Made by a program: the position numbers and the translations under genes. From positions 8,122,001 through 8,186,000 of the forward strand of contig OZ024743.1 in assembly GCA_964016885.1 (NCBI GenBank): DNA of 64,000 bases, read 5' to 3'. Source of the stretch: Eledone cirrhosa (Eukaryota). Within the stretch, counting starts at the first letter, position 1; each line of letters begins with the position of its first letter. Below are positions 38,165 to 49,320 of this stretch, piece by piece. The notes under the pieces are model-generated. The model searched no databases. It worked only from the letters and a program-made list of their open reading frames with translations, and was not told the DNA's origin.

Positions 38165-38384
38165 GGGCGGTAGATTGGCAGTATTGATGGATCGTCAGAC
38201 AACATTCTTTATGGCATAGAGTTACGACCCTTTGCGATCTGAGTTCAAATCCTGCCGAGGTTAGCTTTGCCTTTCATCCTTACGGGATCGATAAATAAAG
38301 TATCAGTGATGCACTGGAGTCGATTTAGTCGACTTTCTCCTCCCCAAAATTGTTGGCCTTGTGCTTAAATCAGAAACCAATATT
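38165..38384 (+). mobile_element. SINE S1, full length
   Basis: TTGGCAGTATTG..GAGTTCAAATCC..GCCTTTCATCCTTACGGGATCGATAAAT..GGCCTTGTGCTTAAATCAGAAACC. Confidence 0.85.
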
Positions 38385-39829
38385 AGGAATCGACGATTGC
38401 TTTATTCATAGTCGTTAACTTCCACTAGAAATGTTTATATTTTGTAATTATATATACAGCAATAATAAATAATTTGTATTTAAATTTAGATTCAAACTAT
38501 ATCAGTCTCAATGTGTTTGTTATTCATTGGCAGTTTGAAATTATTTCCTTGAAATTACCCCACAATACTTGGTTTAGGTTACGACTATCATAGTACTTAC
38601 TTTAAATTGTGTATGCTTAAACTTCAGGTTTAGAGCCTGTCAATATCACATATACCTTCTACTGTTCTTTGTACGCCCACATTTATAAACATCTCAGTGA
38701 AATTAAATTATTCTGTTCTTGTTTAATGTTAAATAGGATTTGCATTTCTCCCTCGAAAAGAAGCTTGTGTCAGATTTATTTTATTTTCTTCTAGTTTCAC
38801 CATCCAATTCGATAATGTAAACCATTATATGATCACAGACATCATCAAAAGAGGTATTATAATTTGTTACATTGTTTACGCTGAAAATATAGATTCAAAC
38901 CCCAGAGAATATAGATCTGAAGTTTCATTTACGTGAATTTGTCGTATTATTTTCGGTAAGTTATAGCACTAGAGTTTTGTGCGTATATCGGTTGACGACA
39001 GATTAGTTTACGTAGTCACTATAAAAATGTTATGGGACAATAATAATCTTTATTCAACTCAATTCTCTTAAGGTACACATCTATTGGATTCCATTTATGC
39101 ATTATATCTTACTTAAGAATAGCATAATCTGTTTTTTGGCTTTGCGATTTACGGGACAGAGCTTGCATTGATCGTTTTTAAATTTCTAAATTGTGTTAAC
39201 CCATGTAGATAAATTAAGGGATAAGTTTTTATTTCTATAGATGCAATAAAACTTTATGTTCCCCTTAAATATGAAAATGAATATCCACGAAAACTTTGGA
39301 GTCACAATTCTATAAATTATGAATATGTTTGAAGTGAGTTCTGTGAGAGAAAAATACCTTTCTGACAAAGTGTAAGCTTAAATATATTTTATGAGAAATT
39401 TATTATATTAGACAATATCCTGTCTTGATTAAAGGTTCAATTACAGTACTTAGTGCTTCTAGTAAATCAGTTAATCAAATATTTCTAATTTTATCTCTGT
39501 TGTTCCTTATCAAATTCATGTTAGTTGTTTTGCTCGTCAACCCACTCACTCTAAAGCCGAAATTTGAATTCTTCATTATTTTTGAATAGATTTTCTCAAA
39601 CCCTTACAACTGTTTCTCTAATGTATCAATTGTCCTGTTAGATCTTATATACGATAATAAGAAAGATGGATGAATGCATGTGTCTCGCAACTCTTGAGGG
39701 AGTCGTAGGGGCGCCATATTGACAGACCGTGCTTCGTTAGGCATTTTTTTAAACTTGATGGAGTTCATCCCAGGTCTGAGTACAGTATGTTTCTTCCAGA
39801 GAAGGATAGAGAATGAGAGAAAGGAAGTG

Positions 39830-39968
39830 AGGAAGGGATGTGGAGAAAGAATCGACTCCAGTATTAGTCTGGTACTTTTTTATCGACTTTTGATGGATGA
39901 AAGCAAAGTTGACTTTGGCGGGATTAGAACTCAGAGAGCACAGGGTCGGAACGAATACTGCAAAGCAT
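39830..39968 (-). mobile_element. SINE S1 fragment
   Basis: CTGGTACTTTTTTATCGAC..GGATGAAAGCAAAGTTGACTTTGGCGGGATTAGAACTCAG. Confidence 0.7.
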
Positions 39969-42900
39969 TAATAAGAAAGGTACTGAATGATAATTCTTAA
40001 ATAGGTAAATTTGGGTACTTTAGGGTACAATGAAAGTGGAGATATTTAAAAAAACTATTTCAGAAAGTCTGTTATATTCTTCAAATATGATATTGTTATC
40101 TCAATATAGTTTCAAGTATTCACGCGAATATCCTGTCAGAAAATCTCAAACTAGTATTTTAATATTTGAATTTTGTGTGGATTGTTTTCGTGCTGCATGG
40201 TATAATAAATAATCGTTTTTCTAAAGTATATGGATAACGATCCACCTTTAGTTATAATGTTTCTAAAAATCTTCATTTTCCTCTACTACGCCTCTATTCC
40301 CCTTGCTCTTACGGTAGGTTATCTTTAACGTTGATTTTTCCTTTTACGTCGAAACTGCGTTAGTCTCTGGGTCATTAGCAAACTGTTTATTCAACATTCT
40401 TCGTGTACACGTCAGTTTATATTTGAATGTCTCGGACGTGTATTTAAGTTCATATTTCAGGTTGCACATCCTGTAGTTGAAGGTTTCAAGTTTCTTTTTC
40501 CCAATTCACTTACCCATTTATAATTTCTTTTTAACGTTTTATATATGTTCCCTATTTTATATTTCATGAGATTTTACTCCATAGCGACACGTTTTATTAA
40601 AGAATTTGACTCATTTTTGTTTAGATATTTATTGTATATTGCTTGTGTTCATTTAATTCCGATAATTTTGTAATGCGATCATAATTGCACATATCAATAT
40701 ATTTTAACTCTTATTTTATTTCGTTTTCTATGTAATTTCCAGTTAGATCTTTTGGTGATAATTTTTATTTCTATATCAAGATTCAGTAAGATTTGACCTT
40801 TATACTATTTTGTTAAATTATCTTCTTGTCTATTCAAGTTTATGAATTTACTCATTTCCTAGCAAACACATATCTTTCCTATTCGTCTGTTTGTTCAGCA
40901 TAATTTGAATGAATATTAAATTGTTTATCTTTAGTCATGCTGCAGTATATTTACCATTTTGCACGTTATCACTATTCAATATCTCTACACTGGTGGTTTG
41001 TGTTCTAGATTTACTTTATTCTGATAGTCAGTTTTTTTTAATGTGGTGTTTATACGAGAACCGTTTGGTATGTAGCTTATAATAGAGTTATGTAACTCGT
41101 TGTTTATATCAAATCCGATTGTGGTTAAACCAGTAACTTGCACTGCAAAGGAAAATTCTATGTAACTGATTATTTTACACTAGTTAAGTTAGTGTTAACG
41201 TATTTAATGCAGGGAGTTTCAAAGAGCTAACTTGGTCAGGCAGCATTTAAAACTGTTTATATATATATAACTTGACAAACTTATGGAATGTTGTTGATCT
41301 CAGAGGTTTCGACATAATTAAAGTAGTAAACAATTTAAAGATAATATTCGCTTGTGTACTGGAAGGGATTGATGCAGGTGGGACATTGTCTTTGAATAAG
41401 TTGTAATTGTTGTAAATCTTCCTCGTTGCTATATTGAAATGATAGTATAACTAAAAATCTAGCAATACATAGAATCTAAGTGTAAGCATGACGGGTTATA
41501 AGAGTAAGTAATTTGAATCTGTGTTGTTTGAAATGATTCACTGTATGTACAAATGAAACGAAAGTATGCTGTATTTAGACGATCTATAAAGTCTAGTTTA
41601 TATGTCTAAATATGTCATAACTTTTGAATCGAACCAACAGTAAAAATTAGAAATCTGATAAATGAACCTGAGGATTTCTCCTGGATCCGAAACTAAACTA
41701 AGTTTGTACATAAATCTAGTTTCTTTTTACATGGCTTATCAGTGTTCAAGACCCTTTTCAGGGCCTCCAAGACTGGTAAAAGGAAACATAGCCTAAACGA
41801 TTAGAAGGCATATTTTCAAATGATTCAAAATCTTTTCCAACCATCGAATATTGAAATATTTTATTGTTACCATGACATTTTAAAATTACTTTCAAAAAGG
41901 TTTTAAAAGCTTTTTTTTTTACCTCTTCGTATTTTGTTCTAGTAACCTATATTTCACTGAAATGTAGGTTTAGTTTTCCAAAAAATGTACCATTACTGTG
42001 TTTTTACATCCGTGGTTGCGTATCTATTAGATATGGTATGATAGTCTTCTTTTTAAAATGCTGGCAAGAGGAGTTCAACCTAATGATTCTCTATTTAGAA
42101 CAAACATATCTTTTGTGGGCCTTCTCGGATTGGGGAGGTCAGTGTTAGTCGATGTTCAGCTTCAGCTTCTACACTTTAATGTTTGTTGGTTTAACGTAAT
42201 CAGGCAGGGTGTTACAGAGTACTGCAGTTATGTGGAATGTGTGGGTCTCCTTTGTAGATGATCGGTAATAGTTACGACAGGAGCATTTTCTACCCTGAAG
42301 GGTCTTTGAAATACTTTTATTTATGTGTTGTTCAAGAGTAGGTTTTGCAAGAAAGGCTGTTCCGAGATACTAACTGATGTATACAGCTGAAGATGGTAAA
42401 CATCTCGGTTTATGTGCCAGCAATTCCAGTGTAGTAAGAGTGAGAGAATTACGAGTTGTGTGTATTAAAGTCACAACTTTTTTTACTGATAGCAGGTGGG
42501 CAGCGCTACAACTAAAGCCGGAATTCTGAAGCATTTTTTAAAAATGTATCTTTCTGAACAAAAAGTAAGTCTTAAAAAATATTCTTTGCTTTTCGCCTTG
42601 CATCCAATGGAAGCTGTATCACTTAGTATGTGTAGTGGTGAGTTAAGTATATGATTTGAAGTTTGTACCATTCTTGTTGACAATAAAACATATACAATAT
42701 TTCCAAACATTCTTCATGCTGATCTTATATTATGACCTACGTTTCAATGTTGAGGTATTCATCGTAAATATTTGCTATATTTACTCTGAAAGACCAGCAG
42801 ACGCTCTGACAACTCCTTAATTTTATTTCTCAGGATGTTATATTATGCTATAGGTTAGGTTGCAGCATACAGTAGGTAACAGGATGATATTTTAGTGCAG

Positions 42901-43757
42901 CAATATGTACATATTGTATTTCATGTCAGTAAACTTTCAACAGCGGGTTATGATTTAGAGAGCTGTAATGACATCAAGTTCGTAATAGCCGTAAAGACTG
43001 AAAACATGCATGGATTCAATTTGTAGACATGCAAGAGGATACGTATATTAAAGCAAATGTTTATGTCATTTATTTAGTAAATGTACTAAAAAGGAAAACA
43101 CAAATGATAGATACTGGAGATTACTCGACAACTAAAGATGATAAATCAGTGTTTATGGGCTAATTTTGCCTTTCAGCCACTGAAAGGGATAAACCATTTA
43201 ATATGCTCTTTACATTTTTACTTAATTTCTCTATTCTAACAAGTCTTTTTACCCACAAAAAACTAAAACATTAGTACAAATATATAATTATAATTTGTAA
43301 CTGAATGGCTTAAAATCAAATACGTTGTCAATTGATTGAAGACTACAGAAAAAATGCATTTTAAGATCACTTTTGTAAGTTACCTTTATGCTGGACGTGT
43401 ATTGTTTCATTTTTGTAAATTCCTTATTTGCTTAAACTAATTTCAAACTACTACGTCAGTTTTAGATTCAATACAATAAATTATGAAATACATAATACAA
43501 AACACATTTTAGTCTATTAATTATTTAATAATTTTAACAACATAAATGATAAAATTCATAATACAAAACTCATTTTAATCTTTATATTATTTATATATTA
43601 TATTATTTAAGGTCTTATAAAGGAAATTAGGCCAAAGGGGTATGTGTGCAAAGGGGTATGTGAACAATAAAATCTGAAAGTGCTTGTATTGCTTTATATT
43701 TACATATATTTGGTTCCCTGAAGTTTTTGAGTGCGACTCTCAGCAACCATTAGATTG

Positions 43758-43958
43758 ACAAAATAGTTCACAGTAGAATGGTTGAGCAGAAAGTCGGAGG
43801 TCAATGGACAGTTTTTTATTTGAATCGAAAGTGGGATAATGTATTGGAAGAGAAATTTCAATACAAAATAGTTCATAGTAGAATGGTTGGGCAGAGAGCC
43901 TGAGGTATAGCATCGAAAGTGAAATAATGTATCGGAAGAGAAATTTCAATACAAAATC
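43758..43958. repeat. Imperfect tandem duplication (~90-105-bp unit)
   Basis: AAAATAGTTCAYAGTAGAATGGTTG and ATCGAAAGTG..ATAATGTATYGGAAGAGAAATTTCAATACAAAA each occur twice. Confidence 0.75.
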
Positions 43959-44934
43959 CCAAACTAACATACTGTAAATTACAGAATTTGAAACAGAATT
44001 AACGTTCCAATAACAAAACACATCGCAGAACGAACTAGAGAGATTTATTTGCTTGTTACAACAGCCGCCCTAATGAATATAGACATGCCTGGCTTTTATG
44101 TTAGTTTCTTATTTTATTTTCTACTTGTCTATTCCCAACTTCCACCTCAAAATATGTTAATTTAATTGAACTTTTAATCTTTGGAGTAAGGAGACGTAAA
44201 ACTACAATTGTTACATCTCATTTGTTTCTTTCTTATTTCCTCAAATCACCAAATCTTACCAATGTCCTCAATTCTCATTGTACTGGACTAAAACATTTTA
44301 CGATTTAAAAAAAAACTCATAAAGGCAAATCTAGCTGTGTTATTTAGTACATTTCTTTTGTTTAACAAACAATCTCAAAAGACATTTGTTTTCTTCGCCA
44401 CGCATCAGTGTAACTGTTCTCTGAACTTGTTAATTCACTACATGGCGCATGTGAACAAATAGAACATTCAGTCGGTATTAAAACATATCAAATATACTTT
44501 TCAAATTCGTTAATATCTCAATAGAAGTATTATGAAACTGAGCGGTGTCTTGTTTATTTGAATTGTTTATGGGTCTCTAAGTATACATTTCGTTACTTTT
44601 CTGGAAATATGCTTCCGATCCAATGATCAAAATATTGTTCACAGTTGGACTGAAAAATTCTTAAAATATTTTAGAAGGTGTCGGCTTTTCATAAGGAATG
44701 ATATAGTAGTTTTTTAGCATTCTCAGTTTTTTGAAAGAGCATGTGCAAAATAAATGAAGCGGTTGTAACTAGAAATCAGTGCCGCCTTCTGGAAATTCCA
44801 CGTCTTAACAACTGTAAATTATATCACTTTAAGGTAAGCTCAATTCTTCGAATAAAAAAACTACTTTCAGTAAAAAATGTTACGGCTTAAATTGTAAATG
44901 TAGTTTACACACCCACCTAACGTGTATATATATA

Positions 44935-45565
44935 TTATTACTAATTATATCTAAATGTTTCTTCTCTCTTCATAATGTATTTTTAACTCTGATACTGGTT
45001 CAGTCTGGTTCAAACTGAATTGGTCTGTCCCAGTCATTCATTGAGCAACATCGGTGAAGTTGGCACCCTTAACTCACAGTTGGGTGCGGATGCATTCATG
45101 TATATATGTGTGTGTCCGCATGTATCTGTGTGTTTCTAAATATATTAATAACTCCCTCTGGTCGAGCAATCTTTGAAGTGTGGGGACAACTGGAAAGCTT
45201 CCATTACTCATACTTCTCGCCTTCTTCACTACCTCTTCTACGGCCTCGATATGAATACCCCCTCCGCCTCCGTGGTATTTTCTTCGTGGTTATAAGAGGC
45301 TTAGCTCTGTTTCTCGACCGTTATATCGCGTGACTATCTCCCCCTCCGCCTTTTGGGATTCTTTCTCACGTCGTGTAGACGCGTTCTTGAGACTAGTAAA
45401 ATGAGGTATCCTCTTGATAAGTTGGCAGACCTCGCAAGGACTCTATATCTTTGATATATAGTTTTTGTTTATGCCACGAAACTACGTAGTCGAGGAATTT
45501 AGGAGCAGTTTAGGTATGATACATTTTATTACTAATTATATCTAAATGTTTCTTCTCTCTTCATA

Positions 45566-45571
<6 letters not shown>
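44935..45571 (+). mobile_element. Non-coding, terminally redundant (46-bp direct repeat) hammerhead-bearing element between TA runs; retrozyme-like
   Basis: TTATTACTAATTATATCTAAATGTTTCTTCTCTCTTCATAATGTAT at 44935-44980 and 45526-45571. Hammerhead at 45409-45496. Confidence 0.75.
45409..45496 (+). ncRNA. Type I hammerhead ribozyme, U3-A8 covariant core
   Basis: TCCTC-TTGATAA-g(t)TGGCA..TGCCAc-GAA-ACTACGTAGT-C-GAGGA. Stem I is 5 bp, stem III is a 10-nt palindrome, and the cleavage triplet is GUC (cut after 45491). Confidence 0.75.
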
Positions 45572-45626
<55 letters not shown>

Positions 45627-45628
<2 letters not shown>

Positions 45629-46331
45629 AGTACACTACACTCCCTCCTCCGTCCCCAACACCTCTTCACTCCCTCTCTCTACCTCTCCCCGCTCCACCTA
45701 CACCCCTTCACACACACATACACATCCCACTAATACCTCTACTAATATACACCCCATCCCCACACATCACCACCTTCCCCCGCCACCCTTCACACCACCT
45801 TCCCCCACCCTTACACCTACCCATCCTCTCACCTGTCCACCGAAACCTCCGCCCACATAGACACACACACAATCCTCACCACACTGACCATTTCTCCACC
45901 TGTCATCCTCCTCTACTGCTATCACTTCACCCTTCCTTGACCCTCTGACCACTTCCTGTTGCGCGCGCAGTCCACTTCCCTCCACTTCCGACCACCATCG
46001 GTCATCGTTCCACCATACACTCCATAACATGAACAATATCCAGCACCTCCTCGCACAACTCCACGGAACTACCTTAGGAACTTACCCACGAACATACACT
46101 CACATTTTTTTTCGCACCACGCCACCTACATCCACACCACGTATAAACACAATCACACACGTGCGTACCCCCACATATACACACTCAGCCTCCGGAATCC
46201 ACACGCCCATCCCCCATCCCTGACCCTCTCCTTCCACACGCACGCACACACCGACTTACACCCCATCCCACGCACACACCTTTTCCTGAACATGGAACCT
46301 CGTTCTTCCCCCAACTCTCACATTCACATAC

Positions 46332-46363
<32 letters not shown>

Positions 46364-46730
46364 GTACACCTACACACATACACAAACACCACCTTCAGCC
46401 TTCCCCGCTTCGACCCCCCGCCTCCCTCTCCCAACTCCACCCACCACCACCCTTACACGCCTCATACCCTTCCACCACTCGTTCATTTTATTGTTTATTT
46501 TTATGTTTATTTTTATGCTTATTTTTATTTTTATTTCTTCACCTTCCTCCTTTTTTCTAAATGTCTTTCCACCCCTCCCCTACACACCCTCGAAACTCTC
46601 TTCCTACCCAATTTTCTCCTGAAGAAGGGCTTATGCCCGAAACGACGTTCCCCACACCACCACTCTCAAGAGCGTGAACCTAATAAACATTTATTTGTCT
46701 GCCTCTCTGTTTATGTTCCCGTATTATATA
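45627..46730 (+). mobile_element. C-rich PLE-like segment ending in a hammerhead-like core and AATAAA
   Basis: CTGAAGA-aGGGC ttat GCCC-GAAACG at 46619-46644 and AATAAA at 46682. Starts at (TA)n. Stem I does not pair, so it is degenerate. Confidence 0.45.
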
Positions 46731-46734
46731 ATAT

Positions 46735-46893
46735 AATTGTTTCTACTTTTTGGCACAAGGCCAGCAATTACCAGTACATTACTGGTATTTTATTTTATCG
46801 ACCCCGTAAGGATGAAAGGCAAAGTTAACCTCGGCAGGATTTGAACTCAGATAGTAAAGGGACGTAACTATGCTGGAAAGCATGGTGTCTGAC
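46735..46893 (-). mobile_element. SINE S1
   Basis: TTTCTACTTTTTGGCACAAGGCCAGCAATTA..TTATCGACCCCGTAAGGATGAAAGGCAAAGTTAACCTCGGCAGGATTTGAACTCAG. Confidence 0.85.
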
Positions 46894-47297
46894 CCTAATA
46901 TAATATAATATATATATATACACATATATATATACAGTGAAATTATATATATTATAATTAAGATAAAAATTATTTCAATCATATTATACCATAAATCAGC
47001 TCAAATATGTATTTTGCAGGGCATTATTTATGCAAAATTATATTTAGGTATAATACTATACAGTATATTGTTATTAAGAACATATTTAATCGAATTGGAT
47101 TTGCCCAGATTTATTGTAGATAAAATGCAATTTCAGATGACGAGCCCGAGACACCTAACAATGTTATCCAATCTGACGAGGGAACCTTACTTTCAGGTCA
47201 TTGAAACTGAGAAGAACATATAAGTAAAATTGTTAATCGTTATGCAATTTATTTATTTATTTGTTGATTTACCAATTAACTAACTAATATATATGCA

Positions 47298-47683
<386 letters not shown>

Positions 47684-47879
47684 ATACTTGGGGAGGGTCA
47701 TATTTGTGTAATATTGCCAGAATTAATAACAGAACACACTCACTGTTTGGTTGGTTTTCGCTTCTCGCTGTCTTTCATATCGGTAATCTAACTTACTCGG
47801 TCCTCAATGCTGCCATTGACTGACCGACGGTCAAAAATAATACAGATACAATATAGACACAAACACATATATATAGTTT

Positions 47880-47921
47880 ATCATAAATCTTTCGTTGCAC
47901 ATCTGCAACATCGTCAGTGGT
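47880..47921 (-). ncRNA. Type I hammerhead ribozyme motif
   Basis: acCA-CTGACGA-tGTTGCA gatg TGCAAC-GAA-AGATTT-A-TGat. The core is intact; stem I has one mismatch. Confidence 0.7.
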
Positions 47922-48164
47922 GTTATATTTTCCTCCTGTTGTGTTGTATGTCTACGCCATTTTTATTCAGTCTGTCTATATATTTATTTATTTATTTGCT
48001 TGTTTGTTTATTTTATTTTGTCTTCTTTGCGCATGCGTTTGCGTGTGTGTATAGTGTTTTGTTTGCTGTGTGATGGGTGACTAGTGTGTGTTTATGTGCT
48101 TGTTGTTATAGTGCTTGTGTATGTATGTATTTATTTATTTATTTATTTTATTTTATTTACTTAT

Positions 48165-48770
48165 TTATACTCCTCTTAGGTCAGTGTTGTTTGTTTGGGT
48201 GTTGTTGTTATTCCATTCATTCTTTCTGTTTAGCCTTGGTCTTCTAATTTCTATTTCACTGGCCTCTCTGATTTGCCTATCTGCTGGGTCATTTCTATGT
48301 TTAGATATTATTCTAATTTCTATGTTGTCTATGTTACCGTCATGTTGTTGTCTAGCATGTTCGTATAGTACTGACCCGTTTTTTCGTCCTTTTAGTTCCC
48401 CCCAGTGTTGGTCTATCCTTTCACCTATGCTACGAGCTGTCTCACCTATGTATGTTGTTGTCATGTTTCTGCAAATACCCTCTGTACATCTTATGCCATA
48501 GACTACGTTTCTAGTTTTACAGTTTATCCGGGGGTTCACCTTACATATGATACATTTCCTATTGGTACAGTGGGTTTTCTTAAAAGGGTAGGTTTTGCTG
48601 ATCAGGGATTTTATGGTGGTTCCTGGCTTTTCTACCACCTTTATTTTTAAGTGGGTCTTTCTCAGGGCCTTTCTACACTGGTTAGCTAATTTCCCTCCAG
48701 GGGTAGCGTCCACAAACATGACACTCTGGTATCTCTGGTTGTCGTACCATGAGGTGGCTTTCCCTATCTT
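48165..48770 (-). CDS. PLE C-terminal GIY-YIG endonuclease domain (RT missing)
   Basis: FVDATPGGKL..KVVEKPG..C..C..C..NCKTRNVVYGIRC..TYIGETARSIGERIDQH..SVLYEHARQQH..RQIREASEI..LNRKNEW has VVY/YIG motifs, catalytic R/E/N and CCHH residues. Open frame from at least 48770. Confidence 0.85.
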   Translation of the reverse strand, partial: KIGKATSWYDNQRYQSVMFVDATPGGKLANQCRKALRKTHLKIKVVEKPGTTIKSLISKTYPFKKTHCTNRKCIICKVNPRINCKTRNVVYGIRCTEGICRNMTTTYIGETARSIGERIDQHWGELKGRKNGSVLYEHARQQHDGNIDNIEIRIISKHRNDPADRQIREASEIEIRRPRLNRKNEWNNNNTQTNNTDLRGV

Positions 48771-48937
48771 ATGACAAATCGTTCACAGTGAAAAATAGTT
48801 TAATTAGGAATAAGTGAGAATTAGTAATAGTAGTGGTTAGTATTCAGTTTTGGTTTTAAGTCTTATCGGTTGCGCATTTCTAATGCTTTTCAAAAATAAT
48901 TTTGAGATAGAGCGTCCGTGATGTTTGCTCTGATATA

Positions 48938-48979
<42 letters not shown>

Positions 48980-48980
<1 letters not shown>

Positions 48981-49113
48981 CAAAGGAAAAGTGGTAAGGA
49001 ACCAGGTGGACCATAACGCACCAAAGTACTCAATACTTAGGGTAGTAGAGTGGGTAATAGGAGTAAGTAAGACCCCGACGGCTGAGCTCAGCCGTCGGGG
49101 TCTTACTTACTCC

Positions 49114-49116
<3 letters not shown>
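48980..49116 (-). mobile_element. Family B copy 3: perfect 60-bp palindrome plus tail, in (TA)n
   Basis: ATAGGAGTAAGTAAGACCCCGACGGCTGAG|CTCAGCCGTCGGGGTCTTACTTACTCCTAT (49057-49116). The tail is nearly identical to 27700-27772. Confidence 0.9.
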
Positions 49117-49203
<87 letters not shown>

Positions 49204-49320
49204 TATATGTATATACATATATATATATGTATATATATATGTATGTATGTATATATATATATATGTATATATATATGTATGTATATATATATGTATGTAT
49301 ATATATATATATGTATATAT

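Noticed and set aside
41660-41750. CTGAGGA..GAAAC (+) and CTGATAA..GAAAC (-) hammerhead-like words
   Set aside because: Stems I and II do not pair convincingly; at most a very old relic.
40230-42560. Traces of a minus-strand CR1/L2-like RT (QFAND, YKGDPHIPHN)
   Set aside because: Too degenerate to call by eye; needs tBLASTn.
47140-47215. CTGACGA..GAAAC motif
   Set aside because: No stem III/UH or stem I pairing.
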